This document shows, piece after piece, positions 26,632-36,706 of a stretch of 64,000 nucleotides of DNA; position 1 is the stretch's first letter, and every line of letters starts with the position of its first letter. This stretch comes from an uncultured Acidobacteriota bacterium (lineage in GTDB: Bacteria > Acidobacteriota > Polarisedimenticolia > J045), in the NCBI GenBank assembly GCA_963702425.1, contig CAVPCQ010000017.1:194325-258324 (forward strand), read 5' to 3'. The position numbers were made by a program, and so were the translations under genes. Under the pieces are notes generated by a model. The model was not told where the DNA came from. It did no database searches and was given only the letters and a program-made list of their open reading frames with translations.

Positions 26632-28311
26632 TCACTCGGGATCGGTCGGGTCGGCGAACAGGACCTGCAGCTTCACGCTCCCGTGGCCGAACTGCGGGAA
26701 GTCGGGTGTCGCGATGTTTCCGGGATCGAGGTTCGACGCCGTGTCGTCGGGCGGGAACAGCACCAGGCTGTGCAGGAATGCGGCGATCGCCTGCTGCGCC
26801 CCGGCGGGCAGCCTCGCGAAGTTCGCGCGCGCGCCTTGCGCTTCACCGCCGTGGCGCATGATCACGTCCTGGAGCGTCATGCTGCGGCCGTCGTGGCCGT
26901 ACGGACCGGTCGAGCCGACGCCCCACAGCGCGGTCGACAGGAACTGCGTGCGCAGCTGACCGTCGTATTCGCGCTCGTAGAATGCCGGTCCGACGTCGTG
27001 GCGCTTGAAGTCGGTGTAGATCCCCTCCACGAGGAACGGCTTCCCGAGGGGCGCCTTGCGATGGGGGAACGCACTCCCGTCATCGACATCGCCGTGCAGC
27101 GGTGTCGCGGTGGCATAGAGCGCGTTGAAGATCCCGTGCACCGGGTCGTACGCGGTTCGCACCGACGCCACGCGCCGATCGCGCGAGATCGGCAGGTCGG
27201 GGACATGACAGCTCGCGCAACCGGCCTCTCCGAACAGCCGGCGGCCGGCCTGGGTCTGCTCGCTCTGCTCCCCGCTCGCGGGCGGGAAGTAGTTGAGCAG
27301 GTAGAACTCGAGGTAGTCGACGAGCGCGGTCGGCGCCTCGTTCGTGACCCCGTCGCCGTCGAGGTCCGCGGCAGGGTCGGCGGTCGGCGGACCCTCGATG
27401 GTGTCGCGCGAACCGTCGAAGACGCGTCCGGCCGGGCTCACGACTCGTCCGCCGAAACTGGCCGCCCGGAGCTCCGGATCGACCGCCTGCAGCCCCATCT
27501 CGTTCTGCAGCGCGCCGACTACGAATTCGCGGATCGAGGCCGTGCCGCCATGTGCAAAGAACGGCCTGACCCGCAGGTCGGCGTCGACACCCTCGACCTT
27601 CGAGGCGTCCACCGTGCCGTCAGGCAGTGCGGTGATCGTTCCATAGCGCAGACCCTTGCTCGCGAGCGGGACGATCACTGCCTTGCCGAGCGCCCTCGCG
27701 GCGATCACGGCCCGCGCACGGGTCGCGCGAAGATCCTCCGTGATTTCGTCGCCCAGCATCTCCTTCAGTCCGAGGCCGAAGAGATGGGGCGCATCGCGGC
27801 TGTCGGGCCTCGTCGCGACGTCGCCACCGAAGCCGGCGGAACCGCGCGGACGGCCGTGACACAGAGCGCAGCTGTCGGCCAGGCCGGCACCGATCGCCAG
27901 GTTGGTCTCGATACGGCCCGTGCCGTCGCCGGAGTTCGGACCGAGTCCGTTGGCGAGGCCGAACTTGCGTTGGAAGAGCTGGCGTCCGCGTCGGATCGCG
28001 CGAAACGGATCGCGGGCGATCAGGAAGGCGGACGAGTTCGGAGTCATGTCGTCGCCGCGCCCGGCACCGACTTCGTCCGGCAGCGACTTCGCGATCCCAG
28101 CCCCGGCCGCATTGGGGGCTTTGGTCTTGTCGACCAGTTGGGCCTGCGCGACCGCACTGCAGAGCAAGGACGCGAGCGCCAGGACGACGAGTCGCGTCCG
28201 GTACGGGCCGCTTGCTCCAGGCTGCCGCGTCGCGAGCTTCGGCGGCTCTTCGTTGCAGGCTGGTTCAGCGCCCCGGGGCTTCCACAGCGGCGCAGGTCGT
28301 CCGGCAGTCAT
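26632..28311 (-). CDS. Exported di-heme c-type oxidoreductase (DHOR/thiol oxidoreductase-like)
   Basis: Two CxxCH motifs (CALCH, CASCH), APHLFGLG, YTDFKRHD and LWGVGSTGPYGHDGR. Confidence 0.85.
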   Translation of the reverse strand: MTAGRPAPLWKPRGAEPACNEEPPKLATRQPGASGPYRTRLVVLALASLLCSAVAQAQLVDKTKAPNAAGAGIAKSLPDEVGAGRGDDMTPNSSAFLIARDPFRAIRRGRQLFQRKFGLANGLGPNSGDGTGRIETNLAIGAGLADSCALCHGRPRGSAGFGGDVATRPDSRDAPHLFGLGLKEMLGDEITEDLRATRARAVIAARALGKAVIVPLASKGLRYGTITALPDGTVDASKVEGVDADLRVRPFFAHGGTASIREFVVGALQNEMGLQAVDPELRAASFGGRVVSPAGRVFDGSRDTIEGPPTADPAADLDGDGVTNEAPTALVDYLEFYLLNYFPPASGEQSEQTQAGRRLFGEAGCASCHVPDLPISRDRRVASVRTAYDPVHGIFNALYATATPLHGDVDDGSAFPHRKAPLGKPFLVEGIYTDFKRHDVGPAFYEREYDGQLRTQFLSTALWGVGSTGPYGHDGRSMTLQDVIMRHGGEAQGARANFARLPAGAQQAIAAFLHSLVLFPPDDTASNLDPGNIATPDFPQFGHGSVKLQVLFADPTDPE

Positions 28312-28360
28312 CGGCGTCCTCCCTCGAATCGCGGCCGTCGCCGGCGGGATTCATCAGTAG

Positions 28361-28387
28361 GTGACACCGAAGCGCAAAACGTGTCGC
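28361..28387 (-). promoter_or_regulatory. Candidate ECF promoter, copy 1
   Basis: Minus-strand GCGACACGTTT-N11-GTCAC upstream of the di-heme gene. Spacing is identical to copy 2. Confidence 0.6.
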
Positions 28388-28415
28388 AGTGCCCCCCCGG
28401 AGCCGGGTCGACCCG

Positions 28416-29228
28416 TCAGGGCGTCTCCACGCGGAAGAAGTAGCGCTGAACCTCCGTCTGGCCGGCTGGGGGGCCCGCTTGCCCGAGCGAAAGGAAGTAG
28501 TCCCCCCGGGCGAGGCGCACGGCCGGAACCGTCACGGTCGCCACCGTGTCCTGCGCCGCCGGGCCTGTCGCAGCGTCCGCCGGCCCGCGCCAGACCTCCG
28601 CCCCTGCGAGTGACCGCACCGTCGCGACAAAGGGCGGCTGGCCGTCGATCTCGCCGCGCTCGAGGCGGAAGACGACGTTCCCCCGCCCGGCGACCAGCCG
28701 AACCGTCGGCGTCTGTCCCTCGCCGCGGACCATGATCGCCGGGAGCGTCATCGTCACCTCGGCCAGTTGCAGGGGAGCCGGCCCTCCGTCATTCCCGGTG
28801 CCCGGCGCCGATCCACGAGCCGCGAGATCCGCGCCTCCGCGCGGAGAACGTGTCTGCACGAACCATGCCGCGCCCACCGCACAGGCGGCGAGCGTCGCTG
28901 CGATCGCTCCTGTGGCCAGGGCGCGCCGGCTCCAGCGTCGCCCGAGCCAGCGCCTGCGGCGCAGTGCCAGTTCGATCGCCAGCCGTTCCCGGTGCACGGG
29001 GCTCGCGAGGTAGTGGCTCTCGAACAGCGCGCGCTCGGCCGGCCCGAGCCGCCCGGACAGGTAGTCCCCGACGAGATCCCGCTCGATCTCCGAGAGAAGA
29101 TCGAGCGATTCCTGGCACGCGAAGTACTCGCTTTCGAGAACGTCCGCGTCGCGTTCGGGGAGGGTGCCCATCAGGTATCGGCGGATGGCCGCGGGATCGG
29201 TCGTCGGTGTCGTCATGTCGTCACTCAC
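28416..29228 (-). CDS. Single-pass membrane anti-sigma-like protein
   Basis: N-terminal tandem degenerate ZAS-like helices (RRYLMGTL...; DYLSGRLGPAERALFESHY), one TM segment and a C-terminal beta-rich domain. Directly downstream of the ECF gene. Confidence 0.7.
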   Translation of the reverse strand: MSDDMTTPTTDPAAIRRYLMGTLPERDADVLESEYFACQESLDLLSEIERDLVGDYLSGRLGPAERALFESHYLASPVHRERLAIELALRRRRWLGRRWSRRALATGAIAATLAACAVGAAWFVQTRSPRGGADLAARGSAPGTGNDGGPAPLQLAEVTMTLPAIMVRGEGQTPTVRLVAGRGNVVFRLERGEIDGQPPFVATVRSLAGAEVWRGPADAATGPAAQDTVATVTVPAVRLARGDYFLSLGQAGPPAGQTEVQRYFFRVETP

Positions 29229-29230
29229 TG

Positions 29231-29257
29231 GTGACTAAGGGGTCCGAAACGTGTCGC
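29231..29257 (-). promoter_or_regulatory. Candidate ECF promoter, copy 2
   Basis: Minus-strand GCGACACGTTT-N11-GTCAC spanning the ECF stop codon, just upstream of the anti-sigma start. Confidence 0.6.
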
Positions 29258-29858
29258 CCGGCGCTCGCCCATGCCCCGCGCCGTCCGTCGGACCGGATGC
29301 GCAGCGCCGGATGCAGTCTTCGAGCCGGTCTCGAAGTCGCTGCACGCGGCTGCGCAGCGCGTTGTCGGTCAGGTCGTGGCGCAGTGCGAGACGGCGCCGG
29401 TTCTCGATCTTGTCCCGCCCGCCGTCTTCCGCATAGTAGGCGAGAACCAGGCCGCGGCCCTCCGCGGGAAGCTCGGCGAGGCAACGCTCGAGGCACGCGG
29501 CGATCATCGGCTCGGGGGAGGGCTCGCGGGCCGGGACGCGGGCCAGTTCGCGGGCATCGAGCGGCACGACGGGTGCGGCCGCGCGCCAGCTCTCGCGCAG
29601 GATCATTCGCGCGATCCCGAGCGCGAAGGCGGGCACGTCGGCGACCACGACCCCTTCCTGCAGCTTGCTCCCAAGACGGTCGAGCGCTTCGTCCGCGCAC
29701 TCCTCGGGCCAGGTCGCGCCGCGCCAGTCGAAGAACTTGGTCAGCGTGCGGCGCAGCCGCTCGAACTCCGCGCCGGCCTGTTCGGGGCTCGTGCCCAGCC
29801 GTTCGAGGAGGAGCGCGAAGCCGCGCTCCGGCGGATCCTCGGCGCGCCCGTGCCTCAT
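29235..29858 (-). CDS. ECF-type sigma-70 factor (divergent)
   Basis: Region 2-like RRTLTKFFDWRG..PEECADEALDR...GIARMILRE and region 4-like CLERCLAELP...LVLAYY...NALRSRVQRLRDRL. Confidence 0.8.
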   Translation of the reverse strand: MRHGRAEDPPERGFALLLERLGTSPEQAGAEFERLRRTLTKFFDWRGATWPEECADEALDRLGSKLQEGVVVADVPAFALGIARMILRESWRAAAPVVPLDARELARVPAREPSPEPMIAACLERCLAELPAEGRGLVLAYYAEDGGRDKIENRRRLALRHDLTDNALRSRVQRLRDRLEDCIRRCASGPTDGAGHGRAPGDTFRTP

Positions 29859-30060
29859 CGCTGTCCGTGCCGGGGAGCGAGGGGAACGGGCGCTGCGCAA
29901 CCGGCGCCAGCCCGTGCGCGGCCCGATCCTGTGGACGCGCGCCGCCTCGCCATCGAACAGTTCCCCCGGTCTCGCGTGAGGGGGCGGATGATAGCGATCC
30001 GGCCGGTTCTCCGCCAAGCGAGGCCACGCGGCGAAGGGCGCGCAGGTCGAGCTCCGGCTG

Positions 30061-31185
30061 CTACCGCGGCGACGCCCCCGCCATCCGCCAGGCGAAACGC
30101 GCGGCGTTCCCGACCCCCAGCGAGCGCAGCTTCGCCTGCCCGTCGTTGATCGCGAGGAAACGCTGGAACACCCGCGGCTCGCTGGCCAGCGCCGCGACCG
30201 CGCGGCGCCGCAGCGCCGGGTGGCGCTCGAGCAGCAGCAGCAGGCGGATCATCCGGTAGGGCTCGCGCTTCAACCGCGCGTGCGCCGCGACGTAGCGCGA
30301 CGGGTCCCCCGCGGCGAGCGCCTCGGCGAGCGCCTCGCCCTGCTGGAAGCCGAGCGACAGTCCCTCGCCCGTGATCGCATCGAAGTAGCCCGAGGCGTCG
30401 CCGACCAGCACGACGTTCCCCGCGACGAGCCCCTTCACGCGCTGCCGGAACGGCCCGGCGCCGCGCTCCTCGGAAACCGGCCGCGCCCCCTCGAGCCGCG
30501 CGAAGAGCTGCGGGAAACGGCGCAGCAGCTCGTCGCAGTGCAGACGACCGGGCGGCGCCAGGAACGCCACGCCGACCACGCCTTCGCAGACCGGCGTGAC
30601 GTAGGCATCGGCCCGCTCGCCCCAGTGGACCTCGACCAGGTCGGTCCAGGCGTCGACGGCGTAGTGCCGCCGCACGCCGAAGCGGCGCTCCCGGAACGGC
30701 CTACCCTCGAGACCGGCCCAGCGGCGCACTTTCGAGTGCAGCCCGTCGGCACCGACGATCCAGCGCGCCTCGAGGCGCCCCGCTCCGGTGTCGATCGCGC
30801 GGTGAGCGACGCCGTGCACCGCCTCGCCCCAGTGCAACTCGACGCCGACCTGCTCCGCGCGGCGTGCCAGCGCGAGCTGGAGCTGCAGCCGCCGCACGCC
30901 GAGCCCGTGCCCCTCGGAAAAGCGAGCCTCGGCGACGAGCGCCCCCCCGGCGGGAAGCGGCTCGACGTAGCGCACACCGACGAACGGCCGGCCGCAGTCG
31001 TCGTCCGGGCAGACGCCGAGTCGCGTCAATGCCGCGACGCCGTGCGGCATCACCCCTTCCCCGCAGGCCTTGTCGATCGGCGGCGTGGCGCGGTCGAACA
31101 GCGCGACCGTCATCCCCTTCGCGCGAAGCGCGATCGCGGTCGCCAGGCCGACCGGGCCGCCCCCGACGACGATCGCGTCACGCAC
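30061..31185 (-). CDS. FAD-dependent monooxygenase/oxidoreductase (SrsC-like)
   Basis: GGGPVG, KACGEG, GADGLHS and VGDASGYFDAITGEG. Coupled to the PKS operon. Confidence 0.85.
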   Translation of the reverse strand: MRDAIVVGGGPVGLATAIALRAKGMTVALFDRATPPIDKACGEGVMPHGVAALTRLGVCPDDDCGRPFVGVRYVEPLPAGGALVAEARFSEGHGLGVRRLQLQLALARRAEQVGVELHWGEAVHGVAHRAIDTGAGRLEARWIVGADGLHSKVRRWAGLEGRPFRERRFGVRRHYAVDAWTDLVEVHWGERADAYVTPVCEGVVGVAFLAPPGRLHCDELLRRFPQLFARLEGARPVSEERGAGPFRQRVKGLVAGNVVLVGDASGYFDAITGEGLSLGFQQGEALAEALAAGDPSRYVAAHARLKREPYRMIRLLLLLERHPALRRRAVAALASEPRVFQRFLAINDGQAKLRSLGVGNAARFAWRMAGASPR

Positions 31186-31717
31186 GGTACGCCTCCGCCA
31201 GCGCGCGCTCCTCGGCCGGGATCCGCACCGCCATCAGGATCGCGTTCAGCACGCTGAAGACGATCGCGGTCAGGACCGCCGTGTGCACCAGCGGCAGCGC
31301 GAGGATCTCCAGCGCCACGACCAGGTAGTTCGGGTGGCGCAGAAAGCGATAGGGACCGGTCGCGACGGCGGGCTCGCCCGGCACGACGACGACCCGCGTG
31401 CTCCACCTGTCGCCGAGCGTCTTCAGCAGCCAGACCCGCAGCACCTCCGCCGCCAGCAGCAGGGCCACCGCCGTCAGTGCCAGCGCCGGCACGAACGGCC
31501 GCTCCAGGAGCACGACCTCCAGCGGCGCCGCGACCAGGAACGCGGCGTGCAGCGCGACCATGAAGGGATAGTGCGCCGCCGCGACCTCGCGCCCGCCGCG
31601 CGCCTTCAGCCGTCGGACGTGGACCCGGGCCAGCGACAGCTCCGCCAGGCGCTGCAGGGCGACCAGCGCGACCAGCACGACGAACGCGGCGCGCGTGCCG
31701 CCCGGGAGCGCGCTCAC
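31178..31717 (-). CDS. Isoprenylcysteine carboxyl methyltransferase family protein (SrsB/BpsB-like)
   Basis: QRLAEL, HYPFMVALH, LGDRWSTRV, GPYRFLRHPNY and RIPAEERAL motifs. Confidence 0.9.
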   Translation of the reverse strand: MSALPGGTRAAFVVLVALVALQRLAELSLARVHVRRLKARGGREVAAAHYPFMVALHAAFLVAAPLEVVLLERPFVPALALTAVALLLAAEVLRVWLLKTLGDRWSTRVVVVPGEPAVATGPYRFLRHPNYLVVALEILALPLVHTAVLTAIVFSVLNAILMAVRIPAEERALAEAYRA

Positions 31718-32763
31718 CACTCGAACAGCACCAGCTCCGAGCAGAACCCGGGACCCATCGCGAGCAGCAGCCCTTTCTCGCCGGGCTTCCCCGGCCGCTC
31801 GCGCATCGTGTCGGCCATCACGAACAGCACCGACGCCGACGAGAGGTTCCCGACCTCGCCCAGCGAGCGCCACGACAGCTCGAGCTGCTCCCGCTCCAGC
31901 CCCAGCCCCGCGGCCACCGCGTCCAGCACCTTGGGCCCCCCGGGGTGGCAGACCCACGTCCGGACGTCCGCGCGAGCGAGCCCGTTCTCGGCCAGGAACG
32001 CGTCGACGTCCTTCGGCAGCTGGTTGCGCGCCAGGTCCGGCACCGAGGGATCGAGCACGATCTTGAAGCCGCGCTCGGAGATGTCCCAGCCCATCGCCCC
32101 CTCGGTGTCGGGATAGAAGACCGAGCGGGTCGCGAGGATCCGCGGGCCGGGGGCCTCGACGCGGTCGCCGGTGATGATCGCCGCCGCCGCGCCGTCGCCG
32201 AACAGCCCCGACGCGATCAGGTTGGGCAGCGACAGGTCCTCGCGCTGCAGCGTCAGCGAGCAGAGCTCGACCGCGAGCAGCACGGCGACCTCGTCGGGGA
32301 AGGCCTTGACGTAGTCCGCCGCGCGGGCGACTCCGGCCGCGCCGGCGACGCAGCCGAGACCGAAGATCGGGTTGCGCTTGACGGTCGGCGGGAAGCTCAT
32401 CCGGTTGGAGAGGCGCGCGTCGATCGAAGGGGTCGCGATCCCCGTGACGGAGACGAAGAAGATCGCGCCGATGTCGCCGACGGCGAGGCCCGCTCCCTCG
32501 AGGGCGCGCCGGATCGCCAGCTCGCCGACGTCCTGCGCCACGCGGATCCAGGCGTCGTTCGCCTTGCCCCAGGTCGTGAGGTCCGGGTAGTCGGTGATCG
32601 GGATCGCGAGGTGGCGCCCGCCGACGAGCACGTTGCGATGCAGGTTCTCCAGCCGCGCCTGCTGGTGGGGCGGGAGGTTCCAGTGCGCGGTGAGGGCCGC
32701 CAGCAGCTGGGGTTGGTCGTAGTAATGCGGCGGGACGGCGGTGCCGACCGCGGCCAGGCGCAC
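31714..32763 (-). CDS. Type III polyketide synthase (SrsA/BpsA-like)
   Basis: Catalytic triad GLGCVAG (Cys), CHPGG (His) and GNLSS (Asn), plus MGPGF. Confidence 0.95.
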   Translation of the reverse strand: MRLAAVGTAVPPHYYDQPQLLAALTAHWNLPPHQQARLENLHRNVLVGGRHLAIPITDYPDLTTWGKANDAWIRVAQDVGELAIRRALEGAGLAVGDIGAIFFVSVTGIATPSIDARLSNRMSFPPTVKRNPIFGLGCVAGAAGVARAADYVKAFPDEVAVLLAVELCSLTLQREDLSLPNLIASGLFGDGAAAAIITGDRVEAPGPRILATRSVFYPDTEGAMGWDISERGFKIVLDPSVPDLARNQLPKDVDAFLAENGLARADVRTWVCHPGGPKVLDAVAAGLGLEREQLELSWRSLGEVGNLSSASVLFVMADTMRERPGKPGEKGLLLAMGPGFCSELVLFEW

Positions 32764-32932
32764 GGTGACGTTCCTCCGGGTCGAGGTGGATTTGACGATA
32801 CACCCGGCTTGGTCGAGTCGCCCGCCAAACCGACCGTAACCGCGACGGCGCGACCCGCATCGTTGGATGATAATCGGCTCGGCTTCCGCGACGGGAGCCG
32901 GCCACAGGCGGCGCGCCGCCGGAGGAGTTCCG

Positions 32933-33151
32933 ATGCCCGTGGAAAGTGCCGTCCGCGCGATGGCTGGCGTTCTCGTCCTGGCCAGCCTCGCGCTGGGTCA
33001 TTTCGTCAGCCCGTGGTTCTACCTGTTCACCGCGTTCGTCGGCCTGAACCTGTTCCAGTCGGCGTTCACCGGGTTCTGTCCCGCGGCGATCGTGTTCAAG
33101 AAGCTCGGAGCGACCGGCGAATTCTGCGGCGCGACCCGCAGGCCGGCCTGA
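32933..33151 (+). CDS. DUF2892 (YgaP-like) small membrane protein
   Basis: FVGLNLFQSAFTGFCP signature. Confidence 0.85.
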   Translation: MPVESAVRAMAGVLVLASLALGHFVSPWFYLFTAFVGLNLFQSAFTGFCPAAIVFKKLGATGEFCGATRRPA

Positions 33152-33214
33152 CCGCCGCGCGCCGATACCGCTTCGTTAGTCGCAGCCGGTCGGGCACCGT
33201 CGTATAACCGGCCG

Positions 33215-35257
33215 ATGACTGAAGGCCGGAACCGGCTGGGCGCCGAGAAGTCCCCCTACCTGCTGCAGCACCGGGACAACCCGGTCTGGTGGTACGCCTG
33301 GGGTCCGGAGGCCTTCGCCGCCGCGAGGGCCACGGATCGCCCGATCTTCCTCTCGATCGGCTACTCCACCTGCCACTGGTGTCACGTCATGGAGCACCAG
33401 AGCTTCGAGGATCCCGCGGTCGCGGCCGTGCTCAACGACGGCTTCGTCGCGATCAAGCTCGACCGCGAGGAGCGCCCCGACGTCGACGCGATCTACATGG
33501 ACGTCACGCAGGCGCTGACCGGCCACGGCGGCTGGCCGATGTCGGTCTGGCTCACCCCGGAGGGGCGGCCGTTCTTCGCCGGGACCTACTTCCCGCGCGA
33601 CGCGTTCGTCGATCTGCTGGGGCGGATCGGGCAGGCCTGGCACGCGCGGCGCGACGAGATCGAGGAGCAGGGGCGGGCGCTGGCCGAGGCGGTGCGCGAG
33701 CGCGCCGCAGCCGAGCGCGCCGGCTCGCTCGACGACTCGCTGATCACCGCCTTCGTCGACGGCTGGCGCGGCCGCTTCGACGCGCGGCACGGCGGAACCA
33801 GGGGCGCGCCGAAGTTCCCGCACGCCTACGACATGCAGGTGCTGCTGCGCGCGCACCGGCGGGGCGGTGACCCGTTCCCGCTGCAGGTCGTGACGACGAC
33901 GCTCGACGGGATGGCCCGTGGCGGGATCTACGACCACCTCGGCGGCGGCTTCGCGCGCTACGCCGTCGACGCCGAGTGGTTTGCGCCGCACTTCGAGAAG
34001 ATGCTCTACGACCAGGCGTCGCTGGCGACCGCCTACACCGAGGCCTGGCAGGCCACGGGAAGGCGCGAGTACGAGCTGGTCGCGCGCGAGATCCTCGACT
34101 ACGTCCTGCGCGAGATGACCAGCCCGACGGGGGCCTTCCACTCCGCCGAGGACGCCGACTCGGAGGGGGTCGAGGGCAAGTTCTACGTCTGGACCTGGGA
34201 CGAGCTGTCCTCGCTGCTGCCCGACGACGGGTTCCGCGCGGTCGTCGACGCCTTCGGCGTCACGCGGCACGGCAACTGGGAGCACGGCGCGAACATCCTG
34301 CACCTGCAGGCCGAGCAGGACCGCGCCCGCCGCACCCCCGTCCTCGCGGCGGCGATGGAAGCCCTGTTCGCCGCGCGCGCGAAGCGCATCCGCCCGCACC
34401 TCGACGACAAGGTCCTCGCCGACTGGAACGGCCTGATGATCGCGGCGATGGCGCGGGCCGGCCGCGCGTTTGGCGAGCCGCGCTACGTCGGCGGCGCGCA
34501 GCGCGCGGCGCGGTTCGTGCTGGCGGAGATGCGGCGAGACGACGGTGGGCTCTGGCACCGCTGGCGCGACGGCGCGGCCGGGATCCCGGGCTTCCTCGAC
34601 GACCACGCCTTCCTGGTCCACGGCCTGATCGAGCTTTATCAGGCCGACTTCGACCCGGCCTGGATCGACGCGGCGGAGCGGTTGCAGGCGCGGCAGGACG
34701 CGCTCTTCCGCGGGGAGGGTGGCGACTACGTCGTCCACGACGGAGGAGATCCCCACGTCATCGCGCGCCGGGTCGAGCCGGTCGACAACGTCATCCCCTC
34801 GGGCCGCTCGGTGACGGTCCTGAACCTGATGCGGCTCGGCGACCTGCTGGTGCGTCCCGAGCTGCGCCGGCAGGCCGCGGAACTGCTGGCCGCAACCCCG
34901 GCGGCGGTGCGGCGCGCGCCGGGCGCCTTCGCCTTCCTGGTGCTGGCGCTCGACTACGCGCTCGACCGCGCGAAGGAGATCGCGATCGTCGGCGATCCCG
35001 CCGCGGACGACACCCGCGCGATGCTCGCCGCGCTGACGGCGGGGTTCCGCCCGAACCAGGTGGTCGCGGTGGGGCGCGGCGGCGCTGGCGCGCGGCCCGG
35101 CCTGCTCGCCGGGCGATCGATGCGGGACGGCCGCACCACGGCCTACGTCTGCGAAGAAGGGACCTGTCTCGCCCCGACGACCGATCCGGCAGAGGCCGCG
35201 CGCGCCGCGGCGACGATGATCCCGCTTGGCGGCCGGGACGCACGGGCACCGCAGTGA
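33215..35257 (+). CDS. Thioredoxin-domain protein (YyaL/SSP411 family)
   Basis: [25 protein letters not shown] and [10 protein letters not shown] motifs. Confidence 0.93.
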   Translation: MTEGRNRLGAEKSPYLLQHRDNPVWWYAWGPEAFAAARATDRPIFLSIGYSTCHWCHVMEHQSFEDPAVAAVLNDGFVAIKLDREERPDVDAIYMDVTQALTGHGGWPMSVWLTPEGRPFFAGTYFPRDAFVDLLGRIGQAWHARRDEIEEQGRALAEAVRERAAAERAGSLDDSLITAFVDGWRGRFDARHGGTRGAPKFPHAYDMQVLLRAHRRGGDPFPLQVVTTTLDGMARGGIYDHLGGGFARYAVDAEWFAPHFEKMLYDQASLATAYTEAWQATGRREYELVAREILDYVLREMTSPTGAFHSAEDADSEGVEGKFYVWTWDELSSLLPDDGFRAVVDAFGVTRHGNWEHGANILHLQAEQDRARRTPVLAAAMEALFAARAKRIRPHLDDKVLADWNGLMIAAMARAGRAFGEPRYVGGAQRAARFVLAEMRRDDGGLWHRWRDGAAGIPGFLDDHAFLVHGLIELYQADFDPAWIDAAERLQARQDALFRGEGGDYVVHDGGDPHVIARRVEPVDNVIPSGRSVTVLNLMRLGDLLVRPELRRQAAELLAATPAAVRRAPGAFAFLVLALDYALDRAKEIAIVGDPAADDTRAMLAALTAGFRPNQVVAVGRGGAGARPGLLAGRSMRDGRTTAYVCEEGTCLAPTTDPAEAARAAATMIPLGGRDARAPQ

Positions 35258-36342
35258 CCGGGATCCTCGGCACCTTCGGCCTGGAGCTCTGGCAGCTGCT
35301 GCGCGAGATGGGCCCGTGGCTGCTCATCGGCTTCACGGTCGCCGGGTTGCTCTCCGTGCTGATCGAGCCGGAGACGATCGAGCGCCACCTGGGCGGGCGC
35401 GGGATCGTGCCGGTGCTCAAGGCCGCGGGGGTGGGCGTCCCGCTGCCGCTCTGTTCCTGCGGCGTGATCCCGGTCGCGGCGTCGCTCCGGCAACACGGTG
35501 CGAGCCGCGGCGCGACGGCCGCGTTCCTGATCGCGACCCCGCAGACGGGCGTCGACAGCATCGCGGTCACCTACTCGCTGCTCGGTCCGCTGATGGCGTT
35601 GGTCCGGCCGCTGGCCGCGCTCTTCAGCGGGATCGTGGGCGGGATCGTGGTCGACGGCGTCGAGGGGCGGCACGACCGACCCGTCGCCCGCTTCGCCGGC
35701 CTCACCGCGCTGCCCGGGTTCGAAGCGCCGGCGGCGGACCCCGCCGCCACACCGACGCCGCGCTGGACCGACCGGCTGAACGACGCGCTCCGCTACGGCT
35801 TCGTCACGCTGCCGCGCGACCTCGCAGGGCCGATGCTCTGGGGCCTGCTGGCCGCCGCCGCGATCGGCGTCGCGCTGCCCGACGACTTCTTCGCCGGGAC
35901 GCTCGGCGCCGGGCTGCCCGGCATGTTGGCGATGATGCTGCTCGGCATTCCGGTCTATGTCTGCGCGACGGCCTCGGTGCCGGTTGCCGCGGTGCTGATG
36001 GCGAAGGGGCTCTCGCCGGGCGCCGCGCTCGTCTTCCTGATGTGCGGCCCGGCGACCAACACGGCGACGCTGGCGGCGGTCTGGAAGCTGATGGGGCGGC
36101 GCACTGCTGTCCTGTACCTGCTGTCGATCGCGCTGACCGCGCTGGCAGCCGGCCTCCTGCTGGACGCGCTGGCCGGCGGCGCGATCGCCCACCAGGCCAC
36201 TCACCACGGCGAGTTCCTGCCCGGCTGGCTGGAGACCGCCTGCGCGATCGCGGTCGCCCTGCTCCTCCTGGCCGCACTGGCACCGCCGCGCTGGACGGCT
36301 ATGATCCTGCGATCCGATTCGCGGAAAGGAGACCTCGCATGA
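35254..36342 (+). CDS. DUF318/ArsP-superfamily permease (SO_0444-like metal efflux)
   Basis: [26 protein letters not shown] and GPATN motifs, with two TM halves. Confidence 0.85.
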   Translation: MTGILGTFGLELWQLLREMGPWLLIGFTVAGLLSVLIEPETIERHLGGRGIVPVLKAAGVGVPLPLCSCGVIPVAASLRQHGASRGATAAFLIATPQTGVDSIAVTYSLLGPLMALVRPLAALFSGIVGGIVVDGVEGRHDRPVARFAGLTALPGFEAPAADPAATPTPRWTDRLNDALRYGFVTLPRDLAGPMLWGLLAAAAIGVALPDDFFAGTLGAGLPGMLAMMLLGIPVYVCATASVPVAAVLMAKGLSPGAALVFLMCGPATNTATLAAVWKLMGRRTAVLYLLSIALTALAAGLLLDALAGGAIAHQATHHGEFLPGWLETACAIAVALLLLAALAPPRWTAMILRSDSRKGDLA

Positions 36343-36632
36343 CCCGTCGCAACCTGCTCGTGACCACGCTCGCGGTCCTGTTCCTGGCGGCCATCGCCTT
36401 CCCGATGGCGCTGGCCGAGGACAAGGCCCCGACCCCCTACCCGCTCGACTACTGCCTCGTCTCGGGCGAAAAGCTCGGCGAGCACGGCGCCCCGGTCGTC
36501 AAGGTGCACGACGGCCAGGAGTACAAGTTCTGCTGCAAGAGCTGCGTCAAGGACTTCGACAAGGACCCGGCGAAGTGGCAGGCCAAGCTCAAGGAAGAGG
36601 TCGCCAAGCAGGGCAAGGAGAAGAAGGGCTAG
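36339..36632 (+). CDS. Exported YHS/TRASH-like metal-binding protein
   Basis: Signal peptide, YPLDYCLVSGEKL and FCCKSCVKDF. Confidence 0.8.
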   Translation: MTRRNLLVTTLAVLFLAAIAFPMALAEDKAPTPYPLDYCLVSGEKLGEHGAPVVKVHDGQEYKFCCKSCVKDFDKDPAKWQAKLKEEVAKQGKEKKG

Positions 36633-36706
36633 TTCCCCGCGAGCGGGCGGCGGCCGCGCAGCGCGCGGCGCCGACTGCGCGGTCTCCTTCCTCCTGTCGC
36701 CCACCG

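Noticed and set aside
23087-29858. Type III-E CRISPR Craspase locus
   Set aside because: No gRAMP/Cas7-11, Csx30/31 or array is present. Only the CHAT plus sigma logic is analogous.
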